Source of the DNA: Methanocaldococcus sp. 16A
GTDB taxonomy: Archaea; AGJL01; Methanococci; Methanococcales; Methanocaldococcaceae
Direction: 5' to 3' (one strand)
DNA: 64,000 nt
Assembly: GCA_049860595.1 (NCBI GenBank)
Contig: CP187551.1
Shown here: positions 40,844 to 51,946 of the stretch, piece after piece
How positions within the stretch are numbered: the stretch's first letter is position 1
How the letters are laid out: every line of letters starts with the position of its first letter
Translations under genes and position numbers: made by a program
Notes under the pieces: generated by a model
Database searches by the model: none
What the model saw: only the letters and a program-made list of their open reading frames with translations
What the model was told of the DNA's origin: nothing

Positions 40844-41764
40844 TTAAGCTTTATTTTTATGCATTTCAAACTCTACTTCTGATTTAGGTTTTATTTTTAT
40901 TAATATATAGTTTTTCATTACACTTCTTTTAATATCTGCTATATCCTCTAACTTATAGTTTTTGACTTTAACTTCTCTAATTTTATCAGCATATTTATCA
41001 TAATCCAATTTAACTCTCAACCCATCTAACTGTGTAACAATAGGCATTGGTGATAATATAGAGAAAACTTCTTCAACCTGCTTTTCAATTTCATCTTTAA
41101 CTACTACTGGTGGAACAATTGGAGGGTCGTAAGATAACTCTCTCCTTCTCTCATTTATAAGTTCTGTTATTACATCAACCATCTTTCTTAAAGCCCTAAT
41201 CTCTTCTCCATGTCTTAACCTATGGCTCCTCCTTCCAAGATTTCCTACATAAGGATAAGGAATATCTATTTTTTCAGGACCTCCAGTAACCACAACTGGA
41301 ATATCTACATCAAATAAATGAGTTTTGTCTTTAATACATGCCTCAAAATTACCCATTACATAAACTGCTAAATCATGCTCCTCTATCAATCTTTTTTCTT
41401 TCTCTCTTAATTGAGATATATCTTTCCCAACACCTCTTGCCAATCCAATCATGTTTGGTTTAGCACCAAATCTCCTTAAATATTCTGAAATATCACACGC
41501 TGTGTGTGGAAGATGATGCCTTGACAAACTTGGGGCTACAACAGCAATCTCTGTCCCCGCTAATGGAGTCTCTATAATCTTACCTTTGTATTTTTTAGCT
41601 TCCTCTTTAATATTTTCAAGTTCATTTTGTGGAATTGCTAAAGTCATATAAACATCCAACTGCATAACGTGCTCTTGTATAACAAACCCCCCAATATCCT
41701 CAATCCATTCTTTGAAGATATTGTTTTTATAAACTCCTCCTTCATATCTAACTATCTCATACAT
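40844..41764 (-). CDS. methanogenesis marker protein 7 (Mmp7)
   Basis: YEGGVYK, PLAGTEIAVV, HHLPHTACDISE, GLARG; ATG after GGTGAT. Confidence 0.9.
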   Translation of the reverse strand: MYEIVRYEGGVYKNNIFKEWIEDIGGFVIQEHVMQLDVYMTLAIPQNELENIKEEAKKYKGKIIETPLAGTEIAVVAPSLSRHHLPHTACDISEYLRRFGAKPNMIGLARGVGKDISQLREKEKRLIEEHDLAVYVMGNFEACIKDKTHLFDVDIPVVVTGGPEKIDIPYPYVGNLGRRSHRLRHGEEIRALRKMVDVITELINERRRELSYDPPIVPPVVVKDEIEKQVEEVFSILSPMPIVTQLDGLRVKLDYDKYADKIREVKVKNYKLEDIADIKRSVMKNYILIKIKPKSEVEFEMHKNKA

Positions 41765-41869
41765 TAAAATCACCAAACTTTCAGGTTTATTAAAAACTTC
41801 ATTAAAAACTATTTTATTATATTCCAACTTTTTATTTTTTACCAACCAAATTTTAAGGAAAACTAACAC

Positions 41870-42262
41870 CTAATCTTTTTTCCTTTCTTCCATAAGAAAC
41901 TTTCTAACTGAATAAGAAACATGGTGAGCTATGTTTATAGCCTCCAACTCTCCTCTTGTCTTTGGAAATATCACATCTTTCTTTAAAATTGCAGATACTA
42001 TATCCTTGGACAAGTTAAAAAACTCCCCTCTTTCACATAAAATGTAATCAAAATCTTCTCCAATCTTTTCAATCAGCTCTTTAACCTCTTTAACAATATC
42101 TCTCAATTTCTGAGTTTTTTCTTCTTTAACCATAATATCTATTTTTTCTACATGTACAATCCTATCCGCATTAATTTCAACTAAAACCCCAGCATAAACC
42201 CTAAAAAACATATCATTTTCATGATGCCTTCCAGATATATCTATTGCCAATACTTTAATCAT
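41870..42262 (-). CDS. DUF2209 family protein
   Basis: IDISGRH, ERGEFFN, IAHHVS. Confidence 0.8.
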   Translation of the reverse strand: MIKVLAIDISGRHHENDMFFRVYAGVLVEINADRIVHVEKIDIMVKEEKTQKLRDIVKEVKELIEKIGEDFDYILCERGEFFNLSKDIVSAILKKDVIFPKTRGELEAINIAHHVSYSVRKFLMEERKKD

Positions 42263-42268
42263 ATCACC

Positions 42269-43048
42269 TCAAATCTTAGATAACAAATATAAAAATAAAT
42301 TTTTGTATCCCATTATAAATGCTGATAATAGAGGAATTCCATAAGCTTTTGCATAACTATAAATATACCAGTCTATTGGTTCTAATAATCCTGCTATAGA
42401 GATAAAGATAAAAGAACAAATCATTAAAAATACTATTTTTTTGTAAGAAATTTTTCTTTTAATTATTGGAAAGATTTTGTTTGATATCTCTACTCCAGCA
42501 ACAACTGCAGTAGCAAATCCAAAAAACTCAAAAAATCCATGAGGAATAACAGCGATTAAGTCAGAATAATCTAGATTAACTCCAACTAATCCAGTCAAGG
42601 GATTCATAATAGTTAAAATAAACAATATTAACAAATATTTTTGATAATTTTTGAAAATTTCTTCTTTTTCTTTTAACGATTTGGCTTTTTTTAAGTCTTT
42701 TTTGTATAAATAACCAAGAGTTCCAAGAGCAAAAGCTATTATTAAACAACCAATATAATTAGAAATAATATATGAGAGTGCATAATCTAAGTATAAACTT
42801 TTCATCCCAACAGTTTTTGAAACTGTGGAAGAAACAGCTTTAAACTTTACAGTTCCAATATGTTGAGCTATCTTTGCAGGTTGCTCAATAATCTTTGATT
42901 TTAAAATAGATGAAAGATATAAAAGAAACTTTCCTACTGAGAAAGAAAATAAAAACCCTATCCAGCATAAAAAATAGGTTATTAAAACCTTTTTTAGAAT
43001 ATTTAAAGAGAGATATTTTTTAAAAATCTCAATTGCTTTTACTTCCAT
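42269..43048 (-). CDS. SpoIIM (DUF95) family membrane protein
   Basis: IPHGFFE and AGLLE motifs; multiple TM helices. Confidence 0.82.
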   Translation of the reverse strand: MEVKAIEIFKKYLSLNILKKVLITYFLCWIGFLFSFSVGKFLLYLSSILKSKIIEQPAKIAQHIGTVKFKAVSSTVSKTVGMKSLYLDYALSYIISNYIGCLIIAFALGTLGYLYKKDLKKAKSLKEKEEIFKNYQKYLLILFILTIMNPLTGLVGVNLDYSDLIAVIPHGFFEFFGFATAVVAGVEISNKIFPIIKRKISYKKIVFLMICSFIFISIAGLLEPIDWYIYSYAKAYGIPLLSAFIMGYKNLFLYLLSKI

Positions 43049-43070
43049 GATTTCCCTTAAGAATTTTTAA

Positions 43071-43502
43071 TTAAATCATTCTTATAGGTCTTATAGCACC
43101 ACAAGCCATACATTTGAGTAAATGGACTCTTCCCTCTTTAATAATCTTGGTATCTGGCTTACCGCACTCTCTACAGATAACATACTCCCTCAAGAAATCA
43201 TTGATTCTTGACTTTAACAATTCAGGGCTGATTCTTCTTTGTAATATCAATCTACCTCCCTCTAAGTTACCAGCACTACCAGTCTCTTTTAAGAGATATT
43301 TAGCAAAGAATTCTTCATCTCTATTAACTGCTTTAGCTAATTCTCTAAAGTTTCTTATTATTGTTCTATTTCCTTCAATTAAAATCTCAATTTCTGGTAA
43401 CTCAAATCTATCTTTTTGGAAAACGTAGTCAGGAATTTGGCTTCTTGCTCTCTTTAATAATGCTTTGTAATCATAATAGTCAATACTCTCAAGGTCACTC
43501 AT
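43071..43502 (-). CDS. eif2b: translation initiation factor aIF2 beta
   Basis: GNRTIIRNF, YVICRECGKPDT, CMACGA. Confidence 0.96.
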   Translation of the reverse strand: MSDLESIDYYDYKALLKRARSQIPDYVFQKDRFELPEIEILIEGNRTIIRNFRELAKAVNRDEEFFAKYLLKETGSAGNLEGGRLILQRRISPELLKSRINDFLREYVICRECGKPDTKIIKEGRVHLLKCMACGAIRPIRMI

Positions 43503-43593
43503 TTTATCACCAAAATAAGATTATTAAAAAATTTATATATTAACTCTATATAAAAAACTATCAGTGTAGAATAAAAAAGAAAATAATCATAAT

Positions 43594-43779
43594 TTATCTT
43601 ATTCTTCTACCATTAACTTTTTTGTTTTGCCATGAGTATTTTCTCATTCTTTTATTTGGAAATCCACATGCAGCGCATCTCTTTTTTCTTACGTGGTATG
43701 CTCTTCTTCCGCATCTTCTACATCTTATATGATATGAACCTTTGTTTCTTTTACCCATTGATGGAGTACCTTTTGACAT
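43594..43779 (-). CDS. rpl37e: 50S ribosomal protein L37e
   Basis: [26 protein letters not shown]. Confidence 0.97.
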   Translation of the reverse strand: MSKGTPSMGKRNKGSYHIRCRRCGRRAYHVRKKRCAACGFPNKRMRKYSWQNKKVNGRRIR

Positions 43780-43899
43780 AATTTATCACCTTAAAATCCT
43801 TGATTTGTGTTTTACTCTCTTTTTATTATACATTAGATAAAAATATTAATCGAGTAATAATAGCAGATTATTCTATTTAAACTTTACCTATATTATATT

Positions 43900-45804
43900 T
43901 TATTTAACTCTTATTGCATCTAAGTTTATTGGTACATAGGTTTGTTTTTTAAACAATCTTCTTACTGTATCAGCGAAATCTAAGCACTTACTTTCCTCTC
44001 CATGGACCATAATAACCTTTTCTGGTGATGGCTTCAATCTTCTAATGTATTTAATTAACTGCTTTCTATCACAATGTCCTGAAAATCCTTCAATTGTATA
44101 AACCTGTAAATTGATTGGAATTGATTTTGTCTTTCCATTTCTTGTTGTTATTGGAATTTCTTTCCAACCTCTTTGAACTTTTCTTCCTAAAGTCCCCTCT
44201 GCCTGATAACCAACAAATATTATTGCATTTTTCTCATCAGGGGCTAAGTGTTTTAGATATTCAACACTCGGTCCTCCAGTAAGCATTCCAGATGTTGCTA
44301 AAATTATACATGGTTCATCGCTATCGATAACTCTCCTTCTTTCATTAGTACTCCCTACTCTTTTAAACACTTCAGATAAGAATGGATTATCTCCTTCATG
44401 GAATATCTTCTGCCTCATTTCTTTTGATAAATACTCTGGATATGCAGTGTGTATAGCAGTAGCTTCCCAAATCATCCCATCTAAATAGACTGGGGCATTG
44501 AATATACCCTGATTATATCCTTCTTCTAAAACAAGCATCAATTCTTGAGCTCTACCAACACCAAATACTGGGATTAAAACTTTTCCTCCTCTATCTGTTG
44601 TTTCACTAACAACTCTTAAAAGTTCTCTTTCTGCCTCTTCCCTCTCTGGCAGAACATCATCATAAGCCCCATAAGTAGATTCAATTATTAATGTTTCTAA
44701 TCTTGGGAATTGGCAAACTGCTGGCTCTAACAACCTTGATGTCTCAAACTTAATGTCTCCAGTGTATGCTAAATTATACAACCCATCCCCTATGTGTAAA
44801 TGGGCAATAGCAGAACCTAAAACATGCCCTGCATTGTGTAGAGTTAGTTTTATTGTTGGGCTTATATCAGTTGTAACTCCATAATCAATTGGTATTGTAT
44901 GCTTAACGCAAGTTTTTATATCTTTTGATGTATAAGGAACTTCCTTACCCTCTTTTTTAGCAATTTCTAAATAATCTTTTTGTAATAAAGTCATTAAATC
45001 CCGTGTAGGTCTTGTGCAATAAACAGGGCCGTCATAACCATATCTAAATAAACCAGGAACAAAACCGCAGTGGTCTAAATGGGCATGAGTAACTATAACT
45101 GCATCTAAATCCTCAATTGAAAACTCTGGGGCTTCAAAATGGGGAAATGCCTTATCTTCACACGCTACATTAATTCCACAATCAATTAAAACTCTTGTGT
45201 CTGGGGTTTGGACGTATAAGCAAGACCTTCCAACCTCTCTCGCTCCTCCTAAGAAAGATACTCTTATCCAATAATCTCCTTTAACAATAACATCCCTATG
45301 TATTCTCCTTCCAATTCTTCTTAAAATTTCTTTAACTTCATGTCTTTCTCTATAAAGTGTAGCTCTAATTGCTTTAATTGTCTCTGATTGTATTGGTGGA
45401 GCCCTTACTGGTTTAGGTGCCCATCTTATTGCTTTTTTTATTAGCTCTAATGTCTTTCCTTCTTTACCTATAACTAATCCAGGTTTCTTTGATTCTATTA
45501 TAACCTCTCCAGTGTTTGCATCAAAAACAAAGTTGGTAATCTCTGCCTCTTCAGGAACAATTTCTAAAATTTTCTTTTTAGCGATTTCTGGCTCAACTAA
45601 AACAGATGGGTCTGGTCTTATTGAAATTCTTTTTCTCAAATCCTTAGCAAGGTTTTTAATAATCTCATTTGTAAAAACTTCTGGATTTTTTACATAAACT
45701 ACAACTTCGGGCCCTTCAAACTGAACATCAACTATTTTCGCCTCTTTTGGTGATTTTTTTATTATTTCTTTCGTTATATTTTCTAAAATTTCCTCTGCTG
45801 ACAA
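43900..45804 (-). CDS. fttA: beta-CASP ribonuclease aCPSF1 / transcription termination factor FttA
   Basis: Two KH domains, EVGRSC, HAHLDH, AGHVLGS, GFSGH, VHGE; TTG start after GGAGG. Confidence 0.95.
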   Translation of the reverse strand: MSAEEILENITKEIIKKSPKEAKIVDVQFEGPEVVVYVKNPEVFTNEIIKNLAKDLRKRISIRPDPSVLVEPEIAKKKILEIVPEEAEITNFVFDANTGEVIIESKKPGLVIGKEGKTLELIKKAIRWAPKPVRAPPIQSETIKAIRATLYRERHEVKEILRRIGRRIHRDVIVKGDYWIRVSFLGGAREVGRSCLYVQTPDTRVLIDCGINVACEDKAFPHFEAPEFSIEDLDAVIVTHAHLDHCGFVPGLFRYGYDGPVYCTRPTRDLMTLLQKDYLEIAKKEGKEVPYTSKDIKTCVKHTIPIDYGVTTDISPTIKLTLHNAGHVLGSAIAHLHIGDGLYNLAYTGDIKFETSRLLEPAVCQFPRLETLIIESTYGAYDDVLPEREEAERELLRVVSETTDRGGKVLIPVFGVGRAQELMLVLEEGYNQGIFNAPVYLDGMIWEATAIHTAYPEYLSKEMRQKIFHEGDNPFLSEVFKRVGSTNERRRVIDSDEPCIILATSGMLTGGPSVEYLKHLAPDEKNAIIFVGYQAEGTLGRKVQRGWKEIPITTRNGKTKSIPINLQVYTIEGFSGHCDRKQLIKYIRRLKPSPEKVIMVHGEESKCLDFADTVRRLFKKQTYVPINLDAIRVK

Positions 45805-45864
45805 AATAATCCTCCTCCTTAACTTTTAAAAATCTACGGTGTTTTTAAATTGAAAATTTTAATA

Positions 45865-45961
45865 TAGGACTCCCGCAAGAATAAATATATTATTTAGTAG
45901 GAATATAGACTCTTAAAGGTGTCAAAGGTCTTTATTTAATATATAAACTGCGAAAGTCCTA
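45865..45961. mobile_element. family A MITE-like element
   Basis: TAGGACTCCCGCAA / CTGCGAAAGTCCTA; flanks TAATA/TAGTA (4 of 5 match); an extra solo end GAAAGTCCTA at 46045-46054. Confidence 0.78.
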
Positions 45962-46128
45962 TAGTAATCATTATAGCTCAATGAAAAAAATTTTAAAATT
46001 TAAAAAATCAGTAAAATAGATTTAATATGACTTTAAGGCAGTATGAAAGTCCTATTTAATTAAACTAAATATAGAAAGTTGGTTGTCATCTATTTTTTTA
46101 ATTTATCAGTTTTTAATTTTAATTTGAT

Positions 46129-46803
46129 TTATTTACTTTTTCTTCTACTTCTTTTTGTAGTTTTTTTCTTAGATTTTGATTTCATACTATCTAAAATTTT
46201 TTCAATCTCCTCATCTTCGAATATCTTAACACCTTCTTTTGTAATGACGGCTAATGATATCCCATTTCCTGAAAATGTATCTCTTTCCATAGCTGATTTT
46301 AATGCTTTTATAGCTAATTTTATTCCTTCATCAACAGACATATCTCTATCATATCCAGCTTCTAAAACCCCATAGGCTATTGGGGAGCCTGAACCAGTAG
46401 CTGTAAAGGTTTTTTCTTCATTCATTCCTCCTAATGGGTCTAATGAAAATAATTTAGCTCCTTCTAATAAATCATATCCACCAATAATTAGCTGAGTTAA
46501 AAAAGGGAAGAACCTGCTTGAGTGTAGAATATTACTTAATAGGGTTGCACATGCCAATGGAGAAATATTTTTTCCGGTTCTCATTTTATATAGTTTTGCT
46601 TCAGCAGTTAATAATCTAACTATTGCTTGTGCATCGCCAACACTTCCAGCTATTGTTAATGCTATGTAATCGTCAATTTTATACAATTTTTTCGCATTTT
46701 TATCAGCTATTAAATTACCCATTGATGCTCTTTTATCAGTTGCTAAAATTACTGCATCGTCACAAATTAAACCAACGGTAGTTGTTCCTTTCATAGCATC
46801 CAT
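46129..46803 (-). CDS. psmB: proteasome beta subunit
   Basis: Propeptide MDAMKG then TTT; [18 protein letters not shown]. Confidence 0.97.
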   Translation of the reverse strand: MDAMKGTTTVGLICDDAVILATDKRASMGNLIADKNAKKLYKIDDYIALTIAGSVGDAQAIVRLLTAEAKLYKMRTGKNISPLACATLLSNILHSSRFFPFLTQLIIGGYDLLEGAKLFSLDPLGGMNEEKTFTATGSGSPIAYGVLEAGYDRDMSVDEGIKLAIKALKSAMERDTFSGNGISLAVITKEGVKIFEDEEIEKILDSMKSKSKKKTTKRSRRKSK

Positions 46804-46921
46804 TTTTTCACCTTTACAAAAGCATAAATGATTTGATTAGTGGTTTATTCTTTTATAGCATATACAATAAAAAATAAAAATAAAGGAGATTAATAAAAGA
46901 TATATTAAAAGATTATAATTA

Positions 46922-48289
46922 TTAGTAGGTTTTAGCTATTGCTATATATTTGTTACCTTTATATTCTGTCTCCCCTAAAATAGTTGCTTCTACCTTTTCT
47001 TCAAGTTCTTCATTATATATTTCCTCCTTAAATGGAATTAAAATTACCCCTCTTTTTTCAGATAATATTTTTTTAATTTCCTCAGGATTTATATCTTCAA
47101 GGATGGTTATAAAGTTTTCGAATTTTTCCCATGCTCTATTCTTAATGTTTTCCATAATATTATTTAAAGTTTTTTCTATAACATCTTCCAACTGAGTTTC
47201 ATCAACTTGGAGCTTTTCCATGGTATCTCTTCTAAATATGGTTATCTTTTTATTCTCAATATCTTTCGGTCCTATTTCAATTCTCAGTGGTACTCCTTTT
47301 ATCTCCCAATCATTAAACTTCCTTCCTGGTCTTATATCTCTATCATCAATATGGACTCTAAACTTACCTTTTAATTTTTTATAAATCTCTTCTGCTTTGT
47401 CCATAACAATATCTTCCTTTCCTTTAAAAATTAATGGAACAATAACTATTTGAATTGGTGCTACTATTGGTGGTAAAATTAATCCTTTCTCATCTCCATG
47501 TATTGCTATAATTGAAGCTATAACCCTATCTGAAATTCCATAACATGTCTGATAAGCATAATCTTTATCTCCAGTAGGTGTTTCAAATATAATTTCAAAT
47601 GTTTTTGAGAAGTTTTGCCCTAAATTATGAACTGTTGCTATCTGCATTGCTCTACCATCAGGAAATATTGTATCAAATGCCATTGTATATTCTGCTCCTG
47701 GAAACTTATCCCATTCTGGTCTCTTTGAAATTAAGTAAGGAATGCCTAAAGTATCAAAGAATTTTTTGTAGATAGATATTGCTTCTTTAACCTGCTCTTC
47801 TGCTTCTTCTTTTGTTGAATGTGCTGTATGAGCCTCTTTAAATGTCATTATCTCTCTTAATCTAATTAAAGGTCTTGTGTGCTTTGTTTCATATCTAAAG
47901 GTATTGACTATCTGATATATTTTTATTGGTAAATCTGTATGAACCTTAACCCAAAGCTTCATCATATAATAAATAGGAGTTTCTGAAGTAGGTCTTAAAG
48001 CTAATTTAACATCTAAAGGAGTTTTTCCTCCATGAGTTACCCAATAAACCTCATCCTCAAACCCTTTTATATGCTCTCCCTCTTTAGCTAATAAATCCTC
48101 TGGAATTAACATTGGGAATAAAGCTTCATCATGCCCACTCTCATCCAACAAATCTCTTATTATTTCAAAAGTATATCTCCTAATTTTAAATCCGTAAGGT
48201 AGATAAACACCACAACCCTTTATTGGGTATCTAACATCATAAATTTCAGCTTTTTCTAATATATCTGAATACCATTCTGAAAATTCCAA
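46922..48289 (-). CDS. proS: proline--tRNA ligase
   Basis: [31 protein letters not shown], terminal KTY. Confidence 0.97.
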   Translation of the reverse strand: MEFSEWYSDILEKAEIYDVRYPIKGCGVYLPYGFKIRRYTFEIIRDLLDESGHDEALFPMLIPEDLLAKEGEHIKGFEDEVYWVTHGGKTPLDVKLALRPTSETPIYYMMKLWVKVHTDLPIKIYQIVNTFRYETKHTRPLIRLREIMTFKEAHTAHSTKEEAEEQVKEAISIYKKFFDTLGIPYLISKRPEWDKFPGAEYTMAFDTIFPDGRAMQIATVHNLGQNFSKTFEIIFETPTGDKDYAYQTCYGISDRVIASIIAIHGDEKGLILPPIVAPIQIVIVPLIFKGKEDIVMDKAEEIYKKLKGKFRVHIDDRDIRPGRKFNDWEIKGVPLRIEIGPKDIENKKITIFRRDTMEKLQVDETQLEDVIEKTLNNIMENIKNRAWEKFENFITILEDINPEEIKKILSEKRGVILIPFKEEIYNEELEEKVEATILGETEYKGNKYIAIAKTY

Positions 48290-48376
48290 GATATCACCTT
48301 CATCATTAAATATTATATTTTTATTAATAATGAGAGTAGATATTGCTAATTATTTAAAGTTTTTTGTGGTGACCTT

Positions 48377-49051
48377 ATGATAGCAATTTCTATTAAGCCA
48401 AGTAAAATGAATGAAGATATCGTAGAGTTTGGGAAGTTTGTTAGAAGATATTTTGATTATTACATTATAGACGCTGAGAATAATCCAATAACTGATAAAG
48501 ATATTTTAGAAAGACTAGAAAATATATCAAATGTTGTTTTGACAGTTCAAGCAAAGAAAGAAAATGTATTTCAATTATTAAATCTTTATTCATCCTACAA
48601 TTTTGATTTATGTATCGTCTTAGGAAATAAATTTTATTTATCTGAGAAAGAGAGAAAATTTAATAATAATAGAATTTTGGATGTTATTACAGAGGCTATG
48701 AAATACAATAACAATATTTGGGTGGGAACAGAAGGAGTTGAGAGTATTGTTAAAGATATTATTGAAGAAAACAATCTTATCGCTTATTATCTATATGGGC
48801 AAACATGTAATATAAACTCAAAGAGAGCTATATACATTCCATTTACTTCAAAAATTGATGAAAATATATTGAAATCTATGGAAGGTTATTTAAATAGAAG
48901 GAAAAAATATAATGGGAATTGGAAGGACTTTATATTATTTTTAGAAGATAAAGAAATTTTAAAGAGAATTAAAGATAATAATGATATAGTTGTTGGCTAT
49001 CCTATTATTCCTAACAAAAATGAGATATTAAAGTTTAGAGAGAAATTGTAA
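48377..49051 (+). CDS. uncharacterised protein, possible degenerate luciferase-like TIM barrel
   Basis: YLSEKER, WVGTEGVE, AIYIP, YLNRR, VVGYP recall an archaeal uncharacterised family. Confidence 0.7.
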   Translation: MIAISIKPSKMNEDIVEFGKFVRRYFDYYIIDAENNPITDKDILERLENISNVVLTVQAKKENVFQLLNLYSSYNFDLCIVLGNKFYLSEKERKFNNNRILDVITEAMKYNNNIWVGTEGVESIVKDIIEENNLIAYYLYGQTCNINSKRAIYIPFTSKIDENILKSMEGYLNRRKKYNGNWKDFILFLEDKEILKRIKDNNDIVVGYPIIPNKNEILKFREKL

Positions 49052-49101
49052 ATTTAATATTTATAGATTTAATAAAGTATTTAATTAATATAATTAATAA
49101 A

Positions 49102-50706
49102 TTATTTTTGTCCAAACATTTCTTGTTTCTCCTCCTCAGTTAATAAAGCAACAATCTCTTCTGGCTTACCAACTTTAATTAATTTACCATTTCTCATTAA
49201 ACCTGCTCTATCACAAACATTTAATACAAAATCCATATCGTGTGAAACTATAATATATGTCTGTTCTAATTCTACCCTTGATTTGTGAATTGATTCAGCA
49301 ACTGTATTTCTTGTTATTGGGTCCATTGTTCCAGTTGGCTCATCTAAGATAACAACTCTTGGCTCTTTTATTAAAACTTGTGCTAAAGCACATCTATGCC
49401 TTTCCCCAACACTCAATTCATGAGGATATTTATCCAAAATCTCCTCTGCTTCTTCTTCACTAAAACCTACTGAGGTTAAAGTATAAACTGCCTTCATCCT
49501 TGCAAATTCATCTGGAAGCTCTAAACCTATAGCTTCTGTTAAGTTTTGCAATATGGTTCTATGTGGATAGAGTGCATATTCCTGGAATAATATACCTATA
49601 TATCTCTTAGCTCTACCCCTCCCATTTATTCCAGGTTGTGTCATATCAACCCATTCATCTCCAACTCTAAACCAATACTTCCCCTTAGATGGAGGAAGTA
49701 CTCCTGCTATTATTTTTGATAAAGTGGTTTTTCCAGCTCCACTTACTCCAACCAAACCAAAGATTTCTTTCTCTCTTATATTTAAAGTAACTCCATCAAC
49801 TGCCTTAACAACCCCCCTCTCTACAGAACAATAATGTTTTGAGATATTTTCTAATCTTATTATATCTTCTTTAATTTCAACTTCTGTTTCTGGTTTTTTA
49901 AACTCTTTAACTGTTTCCATGAATTTATTAACAATTTCTTCTGAACTACCTTCCATTATAATTTCTCCTTTCTCTAACCAAATAGCTTTTTCTGTTAGTT
50001 CAGCAATAACCTCCGGCCAGTGAGAGGTTAAGATTAAGCTTATCTTATTTTTAATAACAAGTTCTTTCAAAGCTGAATGCACTAATTTAGCAGTTTGAGG
50101 GTCTAAGGTTCCAGTTGGTTCATCAGCTAAGAATATAAATGGCTCTTTAGCTATTTGTCTTGCTAAAACTACTCTCTGCTTTTCTCCCCCACTTAAATCT
50201 CTTGCTATATGTGTTACTCTATGCTCTAACTTGACCATCTTAATTAGCTCTAATGCCTTATCAATAGCTTCTTTTCCTTCATATCCTGCCTGATGTAAAG
50301 CCTCTAAGATGTTTTCGAGAACTGATTTCTCCCCATATAAAGCGAAGGTTCTCTGAAGCATTATGGCAATTTTTCTTTTTAAATTATAGGTGTATTTTTT
50401 GTCATTCCAAAAATCAACTTCTATTTTTTTAAGCTCTTCTCCACACTTTTTACAAGGAGTTCCTGCCTTTGAAGGAACATCTACATAACCACACTTTTCA
50501 CAATAAGAGACATGATAAATTATTTGCCCCTCAGTAGGTTCATAACCATCCATTCCTCTTAACATGTGTAATAGAACTGATTTCCCAGCTCCACTTTTAC
50601 CCAAAATACCTAATGATTCTCCTTCTTCCAATGTAAATGATATATTCTTCAAAACTACCTTATCTCCAAATTTTTTTGTAACGTTTTTAACTTCCAATAG
50701 TATCAT
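49102..50706 (-). CDS. atwA: methyl-coenzyme M reductase system component A2
   Basis: Two ABC cassettes ([16 protein letters not shown]), CxxC..CxxC insert, [18 protein letters not shown]. Confidence 0.95.
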   Translation of the reverse strand: MILLEVKNVTKKFGDKVVLKNISFTLEEGESLGILGKSGAGKSVLLHMLRGMDGYEPTEGQIIYHVSYCEKCGYVDVPSKAGTPCKKCGEELKKIEVDFWNDKKYTYNLKRKIAIMLQRTFALYGEKSVLENILEALHQAGYEGKEAIDKALELIKMVKLEHRVTHIARDLSGGEKQRVVLARQIAKEPFIFLADEPTGTLDPQTAKLVHSALKELVIKNKISLILTSHWPEVIAELTEKAIWLEKGEIIMEGSSEEIVNKFMETVKEFKKPETEVEIKEDIIRLENISKHYCSVERGVVKAVDGVTLNIREKEIFGLVGVSGAGKTTLSKIIAGVLPPSKGKYWFRVGDEWVDMTQPGINGRGRAKRYIGILFQEYALYPHRTILQNLTEAIGLELPDEFARMKAVYTLTSVGFSEEEAEEILDKYPHELSVGERHRCALAQVLIKEPRVVILDEPTGTMDPITRNTVAESIHKSRVELEQTYIIVSHDMDFVLNVCDRAGLMRNGKLIKVGKPEEIVALLTEEEKQEMFGQK

Positions 50707-51077
50707 AGTTCCTCACCATCTAAAGTTCTACAGTGCTTTTTTATGCCAAACCTATGTCTCATACAGAAGCCGCATTCTCTAATTTTGTATTCTCCTCCTT
50801 CAATAACTATTGCTTTTCCATTTATTAATGCATCAGCAATCTTTTTCCTGCCTTCTGTTAATAAGCTCCATAAAACCCTTCTTGAAATACCCATCAATTT
50901 AGCGGCTTCTTCTTGAGTATAGTCAAGATAATCAACCAATCTAATAGCCTCTAATTCATCTACAGTTAATACAACTTTATCTAAATCTCCAATAGGCCTT
51001 CCTTGTGGCTTAAATATCCTAAATTTTGGTTCTTCAGATATAAATCTTGGTATTTTTGGTCTTCCTCTTCTTCTCAT
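50703..51077 (-). CDS. DUF134 (UPF0251) predicted DNA-binding protein
   Basis: [36 protein letters not shown]. Confidence 0.9.
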   Translation of the reverse strand: MRRRGRPKIPRFISEEPKFRIFKPQGRPIGDLDKVVLTVDELEAIRLVDYLDYTQEEAAKLMGISRRVLWSLLTEGRKKIADALINGKAIVIEGGEYKIRECGFCMRHRFGIKKHCRTLDGEEL

Positions 51078-51092
51078 ATAATCTCCTCATTT

Positions 51093-51419
51093 TTAAGGCA
51101 TATTCACTATTATCCCTTCAATAGGGACTTCAATTATTGTATATTTGCAATCAGCTAATTTTTCATCAATTAGTTTTTCAATCTCCATTAGTTTATATTC
51201 ATCTACAACAGTTCCAATCAATATTGCATTTTGTGCTAAATCGCTAATTGCTTTTATAGCCATTTCTGGGTCTTCATCTAACAAAAATCCCTGCCAATCT
51301 TGAGGAGACATACCCTTATAGTCATATAAGAAAAATCCTGTTATTCCTCCCTCTGATAAAGCATTTATTGCCTTTCCAACATTTTCACTTTCAACAAACA
51401 GATATAGAAGAACTTTCAT
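51093..51419 (-). CDS. MJ1244-family protein, PII-like
   Basis: LFVESENVGKAINAL, GITGFFL..YKGMSP. Confidence 0.85.
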   Translation of the reverse strand: MKVLLYLFVESENVGKAINALSEGGITGFFLYDYKGMSPQDWQGFLLDEDPEMAIKAISDLAQNAILIGTVVDEYKLMEIEKLIDEKLADCKYTIIEVPIEGIIVNMP

Positions 51420-51431
51420 TCGTACTCACCT

Positions 51432-51770
51432 TTAAACTCTATGAACCTTAACTTTTAATATTGGAATCTTCATTACAGTCCATCTCTCACTATCTAATTT
51501 TTCTTTTAATAGCTCTTCTATTTTTTTAGCTTTTTCCTTTCTAACTACTGTTCCAATAACAACTGCTTTATCAGACTCTTTCTCTATAATTTCATATACC
51601 TTCTCAATATTTTCTAATTCCTCTTTACTTAAATTTTTAATCTTATCTGGCGATAATCCCCTATACTTATGCAAGAAAAATCCAGTAATTCCAGATAATG
51701 TCATAATATTTATCGCTTTGCCTACATTTTTTTCTTCAACAAACAATTTAAATAAAACTCTATCTGTCAT
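51432..51770 (-). CDS. MJ1244-family paralogue, PII-like
   Basis: LFVEEKNVGKAINIM, GITGFFL..YRGLSP. Confidence 0.85.
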   Translation of the reverse strand: MTDRVLFKLFVEEKNVGKAINIMTLSGITGFFLHKYRGLSPDKIKNLSKEELENIEKVYEIIEKESDKAVVIGTVVRKEKAKKIEELLKEKLDSERWTVMKIPILKVKVHRV

Positions 51771-51946
51771 AATATCCCTCTTATGTGTAAAAGTTATAGT
51801 TTAACTGTTAAAATTGTAGAATATAAAGTTTTTCATTTGAAGCCCCAATACTATTAAGTATGTAATGTATGTTATTTTTTACGTTAAAATTATATAATAT
51901 AGTAACAAAATAATTTATTGAAATATTGTATTGGGGTGATTAAATT

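Noticed and set aside
41765-41869. N-terminal extension of Mmp7
   Set aside because: GGTGAT RBS and family start support ATG 41764
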